From the NCBI GenBank assembly GCA_037442105.1, contig JBBIQV010000005.1:1-64000 (forward strand): a stretch of 64,000 bases of DNA, given 5' to 3'. This stretch comes from Nitrospiraceae bacterium (GTDB lineage: Bacteria; Nitrospirota; Nitrospiria; Nitrospirales; Nitrospiraceae). Made by a program: the position numbers and the translations under genes. The notes beneath the pieces were generated by a model that was not told where the DNA came from, did not search any database, and worked only from the letters and a program-made list of their open reading frames with translations. Below, in pieces: positions 31,720-40,732 of this stretch (position 1 is the first letter of the stretch; each line of letters begins with the position of its first letter).

Positions 31720-32790
31720 CTAACGGAGTCGTTTCTTTTTCTTGGATTTCGCCTTCGCTGCGGATTCGAGCGATTGGAGCCGGCTTTCGAACTCACGCAA
31801 TTGCTGGCGAAATTCTGGCAAACGGGTCAAGAGAGGCTGCAGCCGTAACCACTCGGTGTGGGGTATGGCAGGAGTGCCCGATACGATTTGTTTGGATTCC
31901 ACGTCCCGGGCCACGCCTGAGCGGGCGGCGATCATGACCTGGTCGCCGATATGAATGTGATCCGACAGGCCGGCCTGTCCGCCGACGACCACATGGTGTC
32001 CTAAGGATGTGCTGCCGGCGATTCCCACCTGGGCGACGAGAATATTGTCTTCTCCCACCACCACGTTATGCGCGACCTGGACGAGATTATCGATCTTGGT
32101 CCCTCGTTTGATCACCGTCTGCCCGAAGGTTGCCCGATCCACCGTCACGTTGGCTCCCAATTCGACGTCGTCCTCGATCGTGACTCCTCCTAACTGAGGA
32201 ATTTTCTGATGGCGACCTTGGTGTTGCGCATAGCCGAAACCGTCACTGCCGATCACCGTGCCGCTGTGGATGATGACCCGAGCTCCAACACGACAGCCCT
32301 CGCGCACGACGACGTTCGGGTAGAGGATGGAATCGTCGCCGATCACCGAGTCTGCGCCGATAAAGACGCCGGGATAGAGAGTCACTCGTGCGCCGATCCG
32401 AGCCCGGTCGTCTAACGTGACAAAGGACCAGATCGAAACCTCGGGACCGATCTGGATATCCTGTCCGCGAACGACTTCTGCGGCGACCCCACGCGGGATG
32501 TAGCGGGCGGTGAAGAACCGCTGAGCGATGAGTGCAAAGCTGTAGGCCGGATTTGCGACAACCAGTTGCGGCTTTTTCAGAGTCTCAATCGGGCGGCTGA
32601 CTACGAACGCACCGGCCTGCGATGCCAAGGCGGTCTTCAGAAACCGGTCGGAGGCCACATAGGCGAGGTCACCGTCGCCGGCCAGCTCCAAACTTGACAC
32701 GCCGGAAATCCTGGCGTCTGCCGCGCCATGCAGTTCCGCACCGACGAATTCTCCGATCAGTGTCAATGTAAAGGAGAGCGGTTCCACCAT
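31720..32790 (-). CDS. lpxD: UDP-3-O-acyl-glucosamine N-acyltransferase
   Basis: Hexapeptide repeats, GSDGFGY, KIPQLGGV.IEDDVELGAN..DR and KIDNLVQVAHN. Confidence 0.96.
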   Translation of the reverse strand: MVEPLSFTLTLIGEFVGAELHGAADARISGVSSLELAGDGDLAYVASDRFLKTALASQAGAFVVSRPIETLKKPQLVVANPAYSFALIAQRFFTARYIPRGVAAEVVRGQDIQIGPEVSIWSFVTLDDRARIGARVTLYPGVFIGADSVIGDDSILYPNVVVREGCRVGARVIIHSGTVIGSDGFGYAQHQGRHQKIPQLGGVTIEDDVELGANVTVDRATFGQTVIKRGTKIDNLVQVAHNVVVGEDNILVAQVGIAGSTSLGHHVVVGGQAGLSDHIHIGDQVMIAARSGVARDVESKQIVSGTPAIPHTEWLRLQPLLTRLPEFRQQLREFESRLQSLESAAKAKSKKKKRLR

Positions 32791-33113
32791 TACGACCTCG
32801 ATGAGGATTTTTTGCGCGTGTTGCCGCGGCGAGTTCCCGTTGCGCGAGTTGCCGGCCGCGGCGTAACAGTGGCGGTTTTCTGTTGCACGTAGCGGACGAC
32901 ATCACCTACGGTTCTGAGACCGGGAAGGTCCTGGTCGGGGATCTGTAAGTCGAACGCTTCCTCGATTCTGTACAGCAGCTCAATCGTCGCCATTGAGTCC
33001 AGACCCAGGTCTTCCCGCAAGCGAGCGGTCTGTTTGATCGACCGGGTGTCGCACTTCAGATGTTCCGCCAGCGCGGTCACAATCCGACTTGAAATCGCGG
33101 CCTCAGCTCCCAT
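32790..33113 (-). CDS. Acyl carrier protein with a basic C-terminal tail
   Basis: EDLGLDSMATIEL..IEEAFDLQIPD..TVGDVV; start overlaps the fabF stop and stop overlaps the lpxD start. Confidence 0.9.
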   Translation of the reverse strand: MGAEAAISSRIVTALAEHLKCDTRSIKQTARLREDLGLDSMATIELLYRIEEAFDLQIPDQDLPGLRTVGDVVRYVQQKTATVTPRPATRATGTRRGNTRKKSSSRS

Positions 33114-34384
33114 CACTCCGCCTCCGACTTCAACAAGACTTTCTTGAAGACGACCGTGGCGTTGTTGCTTCCAAAGCCGAACGCATTCACCAATCCGACG
33201 CTCACAGAACAATCCTGAGCCGTCTTGGAAATTCCACCGAGCGCACAAGCCGGATCTGGATCGTCATAGTTAACGGTGGGGTGAACCTGCCCGGTCTGGA
33301 GCGTCAGCGCGGTCACGACGCCTCCGATAGCGCCCGCAGCTCCCAGGGTGTGCCCAATCAGAGATTTCGTCGCCGAGACGGCCAGCCTCTCTGCGCGGGT
33401 TCGAAAGACCTGCCGCAACGCGCTCGCTTCAACGGTATCGCCGATTTGCGTGGCGGTTGCATGGGCGTTGATGTAGTCGACTTGTGCCGGGCGGACTCGC
33501 GCATCCTCCAGCGCCAGGCGGATAGTGCGTGCGACGTCGGAGCCATCTTCTCTGGGAATAACCAGATGATAGGCTTCACTGGTTGCGGCATAGCCGGCCA
33601 CTTCGGCATAGAGGCGGGCTTTCCGTCGGCGTGCGTGAGACCACGATTCCAGGACGAGAGCACCGGCGCCCTCGCCCATGACGAAGCCATCCCTAGCCCG
33701 GTCAAACGGCCGCGAAGCCCGATGCGGCGTGTCATTGAATCCTGTCGAGAGCGTGCGGAGCGAGCAGAATCCGGCAAAGACCAGCGGCGTAATACTGGCG
33801 TCGGCGCCGACGACGATGACGACATCGGCTTGTCCTGTCCGGATGCAGGTGAGTCCTTGGCCGATCGCATGCGCGCTGGAAGAGCAGGCGGTCGAAATGG
33901 TCAGATTCGGGCCCTTTGCGCCAAAAGCCATTGCCACAATGCCAGAGGCCGAGTTCAGCGTAATCGTAGGGATGAAATTCGGATGTACACGCTGCGGCTT
34001 CTGCCGGTGATAGAGCTGCGTGATCTCCCGTTCCCCTATGATCATCCCGCCCATGCCGGCTCCGACGATCACGCCTATACGCTCGGGGGGCTCGCGGTCC
34101 AGGCGAAGCCCCGCGTCGGCCACGGCTTCCTTGGCGGCAACGAGCGCGAACTGCGCATAACGATCGACCCGCTCCCATTGGCCGGACTCCAGAAACTCGC
34201 CAGGATTGAAATCATGGATTTGGCCGGCGACGCGGGAGCGGTAAGCATCGAGGGGGAAAGGATCAAAGGCGCGCAGCGCGGAGATGCCGGATTGTCCCGC
34301 CACAGCCGCTTTCCAGAAAGAGCCGACCCCGATGCCGATCGGGGACACGATGCCGAGACCGGTCACCACGGCTCGCGAGATCAT
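33113..34384 (-). CDS. fabF: 3-oxoacyl-ACP synthase II
   Basis: VVTGLG..SPIG, TACSSS, SRPFDRARDGFVMGEG, NAHATAT, KSLIGHTLGAAG and FGFG. Confidence 0.92.
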   Translation of the reverse strand: MISRAVVTGLGIVSPIGIGVGSFWKAAVAGQSGISALRAFDPFPLDAYRSRVAGQIHDFNPGEFLESGQWERVDRYAQFALVAAKEAVADAGLRLDREPPERIGVIVGAGMGGMIIGEREITQLYHRQKPQRVHPNFIPTITLNSASGIVAMAFGAKGPNLTISTACSSSAHAIGQGLTCIRTGQADVVIVVGADASITPLVFAGFCSLRTLSTGFNDTPHRASRPFDRARDGFVMGEGAGALVLESWSHARRRKARLYAEVAGYAATSEAYHLVIPREDGSDVARTIRLALEDARVRPAQVDYINAHATATQIGDTVEASALRQVFRTRAERLAVSATKSLIGHTLGAAGAIGGVVTALTLQTGQVHPTVNYDDPDPACALGGISKTAQDCSVSVGLVNAFGFGSNNATVVFKKVLLKSEAE

Positions 34385-34501
34385 AACTCGACCACAGACG
34401 ATCTGAAACCGGAAGACATGTGTGTCTTCTTACAGGAAGGCGCCAGGCCAGTCAACGTACCTTGCGATCCGTGCCAGCGCTCGGTGGCATGATACTGTTG
34501 C

Positions 34502-35593
34502 TCAATAGCGAACTTTGAGAAACAAATAGAATCCCAAGGTCAGGAAGACCATGTTGGCCAGCCATCCGGCAACTGCGGGCATAAGGGCGCCGCTGCGTCC
34601 CAAGGCGATGGCGAGCGAATGGGTCACCCAGTAACAGAAGCCGAGCAAGAGTGCTTGGCCGATTCCCACCGCCAGACTGCCCCCACGCACCCCGCTCCGG
34701 CGCAAGCTGAGAGCAATGCCGACGATGACCAGGACGATGGTCACGAACGGAAATGCGATGCGTCCATAGTAATCCGTCTGTAGTCGAGAGAAGCCGATAC
34801 CGTCGCGGCCGAGCCGGTTCACGAATTGCCGAATGTCGTGCAAGGTCATGGTTTCAGGATCGACCGAGAGCCACCGTGCGAAATCCTCCGGAATTTGTGA
34901 GAGTTGAACAGGCAAGATGTGAAACTCGCTGGCTATCACGCTGCCGTCGGGAAGAAATTGCCGTCGCACACCCTCGACCAGTGTCCACCCGTTGTCGGTG
35001 TAGCGGGCTTCCTTCGCTTCCATCAGCTCATCGAGGTGAAAGGTCGAAGATAAGTGGTATAGGTGCACGCCGGACAGTCTCGCGCCACCCGGTGCGATGC
35101 TCTCAATGTTCATCAGCGTTTGATTGCCGATTCGCGCCCAGGATTGGACCGGTTTCACCGACAGGGGCTCGACTCTTTTCTCGATCTTTACCGAACGCAC
35201 CTGTTCGGCTTGCGCGTTCGAAAGCGGAATGACGGTGGCGCTGAAGATTAATAGGAAGAAGCTCACCAGGAGAGACAGGAAAAGGAAGGGAGAGGCCAGC
35301 CAGTAAAGGCTGATGCCGCAACTCCGCATAGCGGTGATTTCGTGATTCCGCGAAAGGGTACCGAGGGTCAGGAGCGTTGCCATAAGCAGCGCCAGCGGTG
35401 CGATCTGAAAGAAAATACCGGGCATGCGGAGGATGAAGTAGATCAGCACGTCCGGCAGCTCCGCGTCGAAGTGGAGGAAGCGCCGGACCTTCTCGAAAAA
35501 GTCGATCACCACATAGATCGTCATGAGGGCGGAACCGCACATCGCGAAGATCTTGAAATACTCGCGAATTACGTATCGGAAGAGAATGCTCAT
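34502..35593 (-). CDS. lptG: LPS export ABC permease LptG
   Basis: YjgP/YjgQ pattern (LSRNHEITAMRSCGIS; RIAFPF; AGWLAN); downstream of lptF. Confidence 0.88.
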   Translation of the reverse strand: MSILFRYVIREYFKIFAMCGSALMTIYVVIDFFEKVRRFLHFDAELPDVLIYFILRMPGIFFQIAPLALLMATLLTLGTLSRNHEITAMRSCGISLYWLASPFLFLSLLVSFFLLIFSATVIPLSNAQAEQVRSVKIEKRVEPLSVKPVQSWARIGNQTLMNIESIAPGGARLSGVHLYHLSSTFHLDELMEAKEARYTDNGWTLVEGVRRQFLPDGSVIASEFHILPVQLSQIPEDFARWLSVDPETMTLHDIRQFVNRLGRDGIGFSRLQTDYYGRIAFPFVTIVLVIVGIALSLRRSGVRGGSLAVGIGQALLLGFCYWVTHSLAIALGRSGALMPAVAGWLANMVFLTLGFYLFLKVRY

Positions 35594-35597
35594 CGAG

Positions 35598-36689
35598 CTA
35601 TCGTCGGTTCATGTGTTGGAACGAGACAGCCGCGATCAGGGCGAAAAGACCGTTCGGGAGCCACGCGCCGGCAAAGGGTGGCAACACCAGTGTGGTGACC
35701 AGAAACTCGCAGAGCACGTTCATGACGTAGTAGGCGATGACGACTCCCACCCCGACCGCGAATCCCCCCATCCGTCCAGACCGTTTCGAGACGATGCCGA
35801 CGGGAATGCCTAAGATGCATAAGATCAAGGCGGCTGTCGGGAACGCGAGGTCTTTGTAGTATTCCATCAACCGCCGCAAGGCTGGTGGATCACGCCAGTC
35901 AGACTGTTTCAGTTGTTTCAGGATGGCGTCCAGAGTGGGGCGTTCTTCGATGGTCCCATAGGCACTCTGATCGAGGCTCATGGAGAGGGCATACGTTGAG
36001 AAGGATGCATGCTGATACTGCTCGACCTCCGCCGCCTTGCTGTGAATGACTCCTTCCCGGAGGCGCAGCGCCACCTGACTGCTGGTGGGATCAGTAAGGA
36101 CGACATAGTCGCGCGCCACGATGATGCGTGGCTCGTCCGGATTGCGCTCGTCGGATACGAAGATCCCCCGGACTCCCTCAGCTTCGCGGACTTCCGGCAC
36201 GTAGATGACCATACGCGGAACGGGCTCGTTGAATACGCCCTTGTCCAAAGCCAGTACCAGTTGATCCCGAAGGAGGTTCAATGCGACCTTTTTCAAGTTT
36301 ACACTTGTCCAAGGCTGCCCCCATTGTGACAGGAAGAGTGTCAGGCCGAAGACCAGGATTGAAAACAGAAAGACCGGGCGGGAGAGCCGAAGCAAGCTCA
36401 GGCCGGCCGCTCGCATGGCGACGAGTTCCTTGTCGAAGGATAAGCGGCCGAATGCGGTGATCGAGGCGATGATGCCGGCAATAGGGAGCGTCAGGACGAA
36501 AAAGGAGGGGAGCAAGTGAGCAAATACATTGAACACGGCCATCAGGCCGACCCCTTTCGCGACCAGTAGTTCCACGAGCCGGAGGAGTTCCTTCGTGAGC
36601 ATGACAAAGCAGAGGGCTCCCAAGCTCACCGAGAAAGGCGTGAGTAACTCCATGAAAATATAGCGATCGAGGATAGTTCGTAAGAACAC
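35598..36689 (-). CDS. lptF: LPS export ABC permease LptF
   Basis: ILDRYIFMELLTPF, FGRLSFDKELVAMRAAGLS and AWLPN. Confidence 0.88.
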   Translation of the reverse strand: MFLRTILDRYIFMELLTPFSVSLGALCFVMLTKELLRLVELLVAKGVGLMAVFNVFAHLLPSFFVLTLPIAGIIASITAFGRLSFDKELVAMRAAGLSLLRLSRPVFLFSILVFGLTLFLSQWGQPWTSVNLKKVALNLLRDQLVLALDKGVFNEPVPRMVIYVPEVREAEGVRGIFVSDERNPDEPRIIVARDYVVLTDPTSSQVALRLREGVIHSKAAEVEQYQHASFSTYALSMSLDQSAYGTIEERPTLDAILKQLKQSDWRDPPALRRLMEYYKDLAFPTAALILCILGIPVGIVSKRSGRMGGFAVGVGVVIAYYVMNVLCEFLVTTLVLPPFAGAWLPNGLFALIAAVSFQHMNRR

Positions 36690-36782
36690 GGGATTTGATC
36701 GGGTTCGAGGGCTCGCGTGACACTATAAGAAACTTGCAGGGGGTTGTAAATGGACCAATGGGACTGGTCGGCAAAGATTCGC

Positions 36783-36811
36783 TTGACAAGATTAGAAACC
36801 CTATGTTACAT
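36783..36811 (+). promoter_or_regulatory. Putative sigma70 promoter of the csp gene
   Basis: TTGACA, 17 bp spacer, TTACAT, about 190 bp before the GTG at 36999. Confidence 0.4.
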
Positions 36812-36998
36812 GCGTCGCGTCTTTTTTTATTACCACGATGGCTTATCTTACCGTTTCCCATCCCCTCGCGGTCCCGTCGGTCCATCTTTCCGTACATCTT
36901 CTGGTTGTTCCCTTACATCGTGGTGGTGTTTTAGGTGGTGTTTTGTCCAAGGTACCGGCTGCTCGTGTTGAAGCGGCTGTTGAGGAAAGGAGGGGGTT

Positions 36999-37220
36999 GT
37001 GAAGACAAAAGGCACTGTGAAGTGGTTCAATGATCGGAAAGGCTTCGGCTTTATCCGTTTAGACAGTGGCGAGGATGTGTTTGTGCATTATTCCGCGCTC
37101 CAAGGCGACGGATTTAAGACCTTGAAGGAAGGGGAAAATGTCGAGTTCGACATCGTTCAGGGGGCTAAGGGACCGCAAGCGGCCAACGTGATGAAGACGA
37201 CGGCTCCAGCGGTATCCTAG
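36999..37220 (+). CDS. Cold-shock protein (CspA family)
   Basis: [21 protein letters not shown] and GPQAANV; strong AGGAGG RBS. Confidence 0.97.
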   Translation: MKTKGTVKWFNDRKGFGFIRLDSGEDVFVHYSALQGDGFKTLKEGENVEFDIVQGAKGPQAANVMKTTAPAVS

Positions 37221-37249
37221 GTCGACCTTCTATCGTTGCAGGTTTTCTT

Positions 37250-37296
37250 GGGGCGGTCCGCAGGGTAAATCGATGCGGCCGCCCCAGTTGTTTCTG
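37250..37296 (+). terminator. Probable intrinsic terminator after csp
   Basis: GGGGCGGTCCGCA...TGCGGCCGCCCC stem followed by AGTTGTTTCT. Confidence 0.55.
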
Positions 37297-37387
37297 TATC
37301 AGTTCAGCTCCACGTGTTCTGTATTCCATTGGTTTTCTTGACAAAAATTAGAGGCCGGTTTAGCGTTGACTTGTTACGGAGGTCCGA

Positions 37388-39433
37388 GTGGGGGTTGATC
37401 GTACCGCCGTCCTGCACAACGCACAGCTCTTTGCATCCAGGGGCCAGTTCGATGCCGCGATCAGCGAGTGGAAGAAGCTCGTTGCGGAATCGCCCACGGA
37501 TGGGAGCATTTTCAATACCATCGGTGATCTGCATCTGAAGCGGAATTCGGCCGCCGAGGCGATCACCGCCTACCTGCAGGCTGCCGCAGCCTTCCGGAGC
37601 GAAGGTGCGACTCTCAAGGCCATTGCTGCTTACAAGAAAGTCCTCAAGGTCGATCCATCCAGGTACGAAGTCTATCGTCATCTCGGCGATCTAAACGCTG
37701 AGCGTGGTCTGCTCAGTAGCGCCGTTCAAGACTATCTCACGCTCGGTAAGCATTACCTGAAAGAACGAAAAACCAAAGAAGCGCTCGATGTGTACCGCAA
37801 GATCGTGAGCCAGGATCCTGCTAACCTCGATGCGCAGGAACGCGTGGCCGAACTCTGCCTGCAGGAAAATTTGCAAGGCGAAGCGGTGCAAACCTACCTG
37901 CAGTTGGGGCGAGAACGTTCAGCGCAACAGCGGTATGACGAGGCGAAGGACGCCTACCTCGCTGTGCTGCGGATCGATCCGAAGAATAGTGAAGCCGCTC
38001 AGTATGTCCAGAATTTCGGCAAGAGCACGCCGAAGACCGTGACCGTATTCCGCTCCGACGGAGCCCGGTCTCCGGGGCTGCCGAAGGCCACTGAACCTTT
38101 GAATATGTTGGTCGAGGCGACTCGGCGGATGGAGGAGGGACAGTATGCCGGTGCGGAGGCGATCCTCACGCAAATTCTCACCCGGGAGCCCGGCAACCCC
38201 CAGGTGTGTCAGTTGTTGGCTAGGCTCCATTTATTGCGGGGAGATCTCCGGGTGGCGCTGGGGGAATATCGTTTTCTCGCCGGGGCCGCGCTCCGCGCAC
38301 AGGACTATGCATTGACAGAGTCGCTCATCAACGAGTATCTCCAGGTAGAGCCAAACTGTGTGCCGCTCTTGGAGCTGCTTGGCGAGTTGTACAAAGAGCA
38401 GGGGGACGTCTCCACAGCCGTCGTTCATTACGGCAAGGCCGTTGAAGTGCTCTTGGAACACCCCGAACCGGGTATGCCGACGCTCCCAGCGGAACTCTAT
38501 GAAAAAATCGTACAGCTCGCGCCCACCGGTCCTGTTGCTATCAAGCTGGCATCTCGATTTGAGCCGTCTGCAGCGGCGCCTCCGGTGGGAGAGGAAGAGA
38601 GCTCAGCTCCATTCCAGAACATTTCGACGCCATCCCAGGCGATCCTTCAAAGCCAGGCTTTCGGTGTTGAGGCCAACCCGGCGGACGGAGATTCTTCAGG
38701 GTCGCCCAAGACGGCGTTAGAGCAGGCACAAACCCTCATGGCGAAGGGATCGCTGGTTGAAGCGGAGGGCATGCTGGCGCAGTTTCTGCGGGACCAACCG
38801 GACCACATCGAGGCGCGACATCTCTTCGGGCGGCTCTATGAAGAACGGGGAGATGGTCCGAGCGCGGCGCTGCAATATGCGCGGGCCCTGGACCTTCTTC
38901 TAGAGGACCCATCACAAGGGGCGCAGCATCTACCGGCTGAGTTATATCAAAAGATCAAGGCGCTCGCTCCAGCGAGCCCGATCATAGGCCGTCTCGCCTC
39001 TCGATTTGACCAGCCGGCCAGCCAAAAAACGCAGCCTCCGGTATCGCAACAGGCCGGGCCAACCCCGGACGAATGCGAGACACATTATGCCCTCGGGGTA
39101 GCCTTTAAGAACATGGGATTGTTCGATGAAGCCAAAGAAGAATTTGAGGTATCGATCCAAGGGGCTGACTACTTCATCGATTCCTCCCTGATGCTGGCGC
39201 GCTGCTGCAAAGATCAAGGGCGGCTTCAACTCGCGATCGCTCAGCTAGAGCGGCTCCTTTCTGACCCGCGGTGCAGTGGCCAGAAGGCGCTGGCTATCCG
39301 GTATGAATTGGGGGTTCTTTACGAAAGCGCCGGCTTCTTGGACCAAGCTCTGCAAGCATACGAAACAATTCCCTCCTTTCACGACGTGCCGCATCGTCTG
39401 GAAGCCCTCAAGGCGAAAAGCCAGATCGCTTAG
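37388..39433 (+). CDS. Multi-TPR protein
   Basis: Many TPR-like repeats (AIAAYKKVLKVDP; THYALGVAFKNMGLFDEA; IRYELGVLYE); TTGACA-17 bp-TAGCGT upstream at 37338. Confidence 0.88.
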   Translation: MGVDRTAVLHNAQLFASRGQFDAAISEWKKLVAESPTDGSIFNTIGDLHLKRNSAAEAITAYLQAAAAFRSEGATLKAIAAYKKVLKVDPSRYEVYRHLGDLNAERGLLSSAVQDYLTLGKHYLKERKTKEALDVYRKIVSQDPANLDAQERVAELCLQENLQGEAVQTYLQLGRERSAQQRYDEAKDAYLAVLRIDPKNSEAAQYVQNFGKSTPKTVTVFRSDGARSPGLPKATEPLNMLVEATRRMEEGQYAGAEAILTQILTREPGNPQVCQLLARLHLLRGDLRVALGEYRFLAGAALRAQDYALTESLINEYLQVEPNCVPLLELLGELYKEQGDVSTAVVHYGKAVEVLLEHPEPGMPTLPAELYEKIVQLAPTGPVAIKLASRFEPSAAAPPVGEEESSAPFQNISTPSQAILQSQAFGVEANPADGDSSGSPKTALEQAQTLMAKGSLVEAEGMLAQFLRDQPDHIEARHLFGRLYEERGDGPSAALQYARALDLLLEDPSQGAQHLPAELYQKIKALAPASPIIGRLASRFDQPASQKTQPPVSQQAGPTPDECETHYALGVAFKNMGLFDEAKEEFEVSIQGADYFIDSSLMLARCCKDQGRLQLAIAQLERLLSDPRCSGQKALAIRYELGVLYESAGFLDQALQAYETIPSFHDVPHRLEALKAKSQIA

Positions 39434-39442
39434 TCCGCGTTG

Positions 39443-40402
39443 TCAGTTCACTCGGTGTGGGGCTGGGCGGCCGGCCAAGACGGCCTCTATGTTCTCGACA
39501 CAGATCATCCCCATCCTGACTCGTGTGCGAAGGGTGGCCGAGCCCAAGTGGGGGAGGAGTACCACCTGCTTCAGCGATAACAGACCAGGGTGCACTGCAG
39601 GTTCCCGCTCGTACACGTCCAGCCCCGCGCCGGCGAGGGATCCCTCCCGCAGCGCCTCGACCAACGCCTCCTCATCCACGATAGGACCCCGCGCCGTGTT
39701 GATCAGAAAGGAAGTCGGCTTCATCAGACGGAACTCCTCTCGGCCGATCAGGTGCCTCGTCTCAGGGGAGAGGGGAGCGTGGAGACAGACGAAATCCGAC
39801 TCAGCCAGAAGCTCGCGCAAGGGCCGGGCAGTCCAGTGGGTATTCGGCGGCATGGAGCGCAGCGGCGTCCGGCTGTGATAGAGCACCGGCATGTTGAAGC
39901 CGGCAGCTCGTGCGGCGACGGCTTGGCCGATCCGGCCCATGCCGATGATTCCCAGCGTTTGACCGGCTACGTCGGCACCCAGCAATTGCGTCGGTGCCCA
40001 GCCGGACCATTGAGACGAGCGAACCATCGCATCGCCCTCCACCACACGACGGGCGACAGCCAGGATCAACGTCCATGTGAGGTCAGCGGTCGTGTCGGTC
40101 AACACGTCCGGCGTGTTCGTCACTACCACGCCGCGGGCGCGGGCAGACCGGATGTCGATGTTGTTGTACCCCACGGCGCAGTTCGCCAGAATTTTCAACT
40201 GAGGTGCCGCGGCCAACACGTCTCCATCAATCGTTTCGGTCAATGTGCAAATTGCTGCCTCCGCCTCGCGCAAACCTTGCAGCAGGTCCTGCCTGGTTGG
40301 AACAAGCTCGCGCGGGTTGTTGAGCAAGAGGAACCGTTCCCGGATCACCGCCATGACAGGATCCGGCAACAAGCGCGAGACGTAAAGGCGTGGCAGGGGC
40401 AT
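39443..40402 (-). CDS. D-2-hydroxyacid dehydrogenase (glyoxylate/hydroxypyruvate reductase family)
   Basis: AVGYNNID, TNTPDVLTDTTAD, GIIGMGRIG, NTARG, LDVYEREP and PHLGSAT. Confidence 0.93.
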   Translation of the reverse strand: MPLPRLYVSRLLPDPVMAVIRERFLLLNNPRELVPTRQDLLQGLREAEAAICTLTETIDGDVLAAAPQLKILANCAVGYNNIDIRSARARGVVVTNTPDVLTDTTADLTWTLILAVARRVVEGDAMVRSSQWSGWAPTQLLGADVAGQTLGIIGMGRIGQAVAARAAGFNMPVLYHSRTPLRSMPPNTHWTARPLRELLAESDFVCLHAPLSPETRHLIGREEFRLMKPTSFLINTARGPIVDEEALVEALREGSLAGAGLDVYEREPAVHPGLLSLKQVVLLPHLGSATLRTRVRMGMICVENIEAVLAGRPAPHRVN

Positions 40403-40491
40403 CTCCGTATCTTGCTGATCGAGGGGCGCGCTATCTTATCGGATCGTCGCCCGACCAACAACCTCCCCTTGTTCTCATCTCCGCGCTACGA

Positions 40492-40699
40492 CTAGCAGGC
40501 TGTAGAAAACTATTATGGGCCCCCGGAAACACAGGACGGCACAAGATCACCCATGAAATCGGAAGAGCCCGCAGGATGTTCAAAAAGGCCGTCCAGCAAG
40601 GCCGCAGCGAGCGAAGAGGCGAGGCGTACTCTGTGCGATACGGTGAGCCTCTGAGCGATGCGAGAACGCCGCTGGCGGACTTTTTCAACGTCCTGCTAG
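40492..40699. mobile_element. MITE-like non-coding element bounded by CTAG and imperfect terminal inverted repeats
   Basis: CTAG-CAGGCTGTAGAAAA ... TTTTCAACGTCCTG-CTAG, with a second internal left end GCAGGATGTTCAAAAAG at 40571. Confidence 0.65.
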
Positions 40700-40732
40700 A
40701 ATGAACGCACATTTCGCATTGGAGCTGATGAC

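Noticed and set aside
33089..34492. 467 aa plus-strand ORF
   Set aside because: Exact antisense of fabF with no recognisable domain
40390..40712. Short ORFs on both strands (104 aa and 93 aa)
   Set aside because: They are translations of the MITE-like repeat, not supported genes
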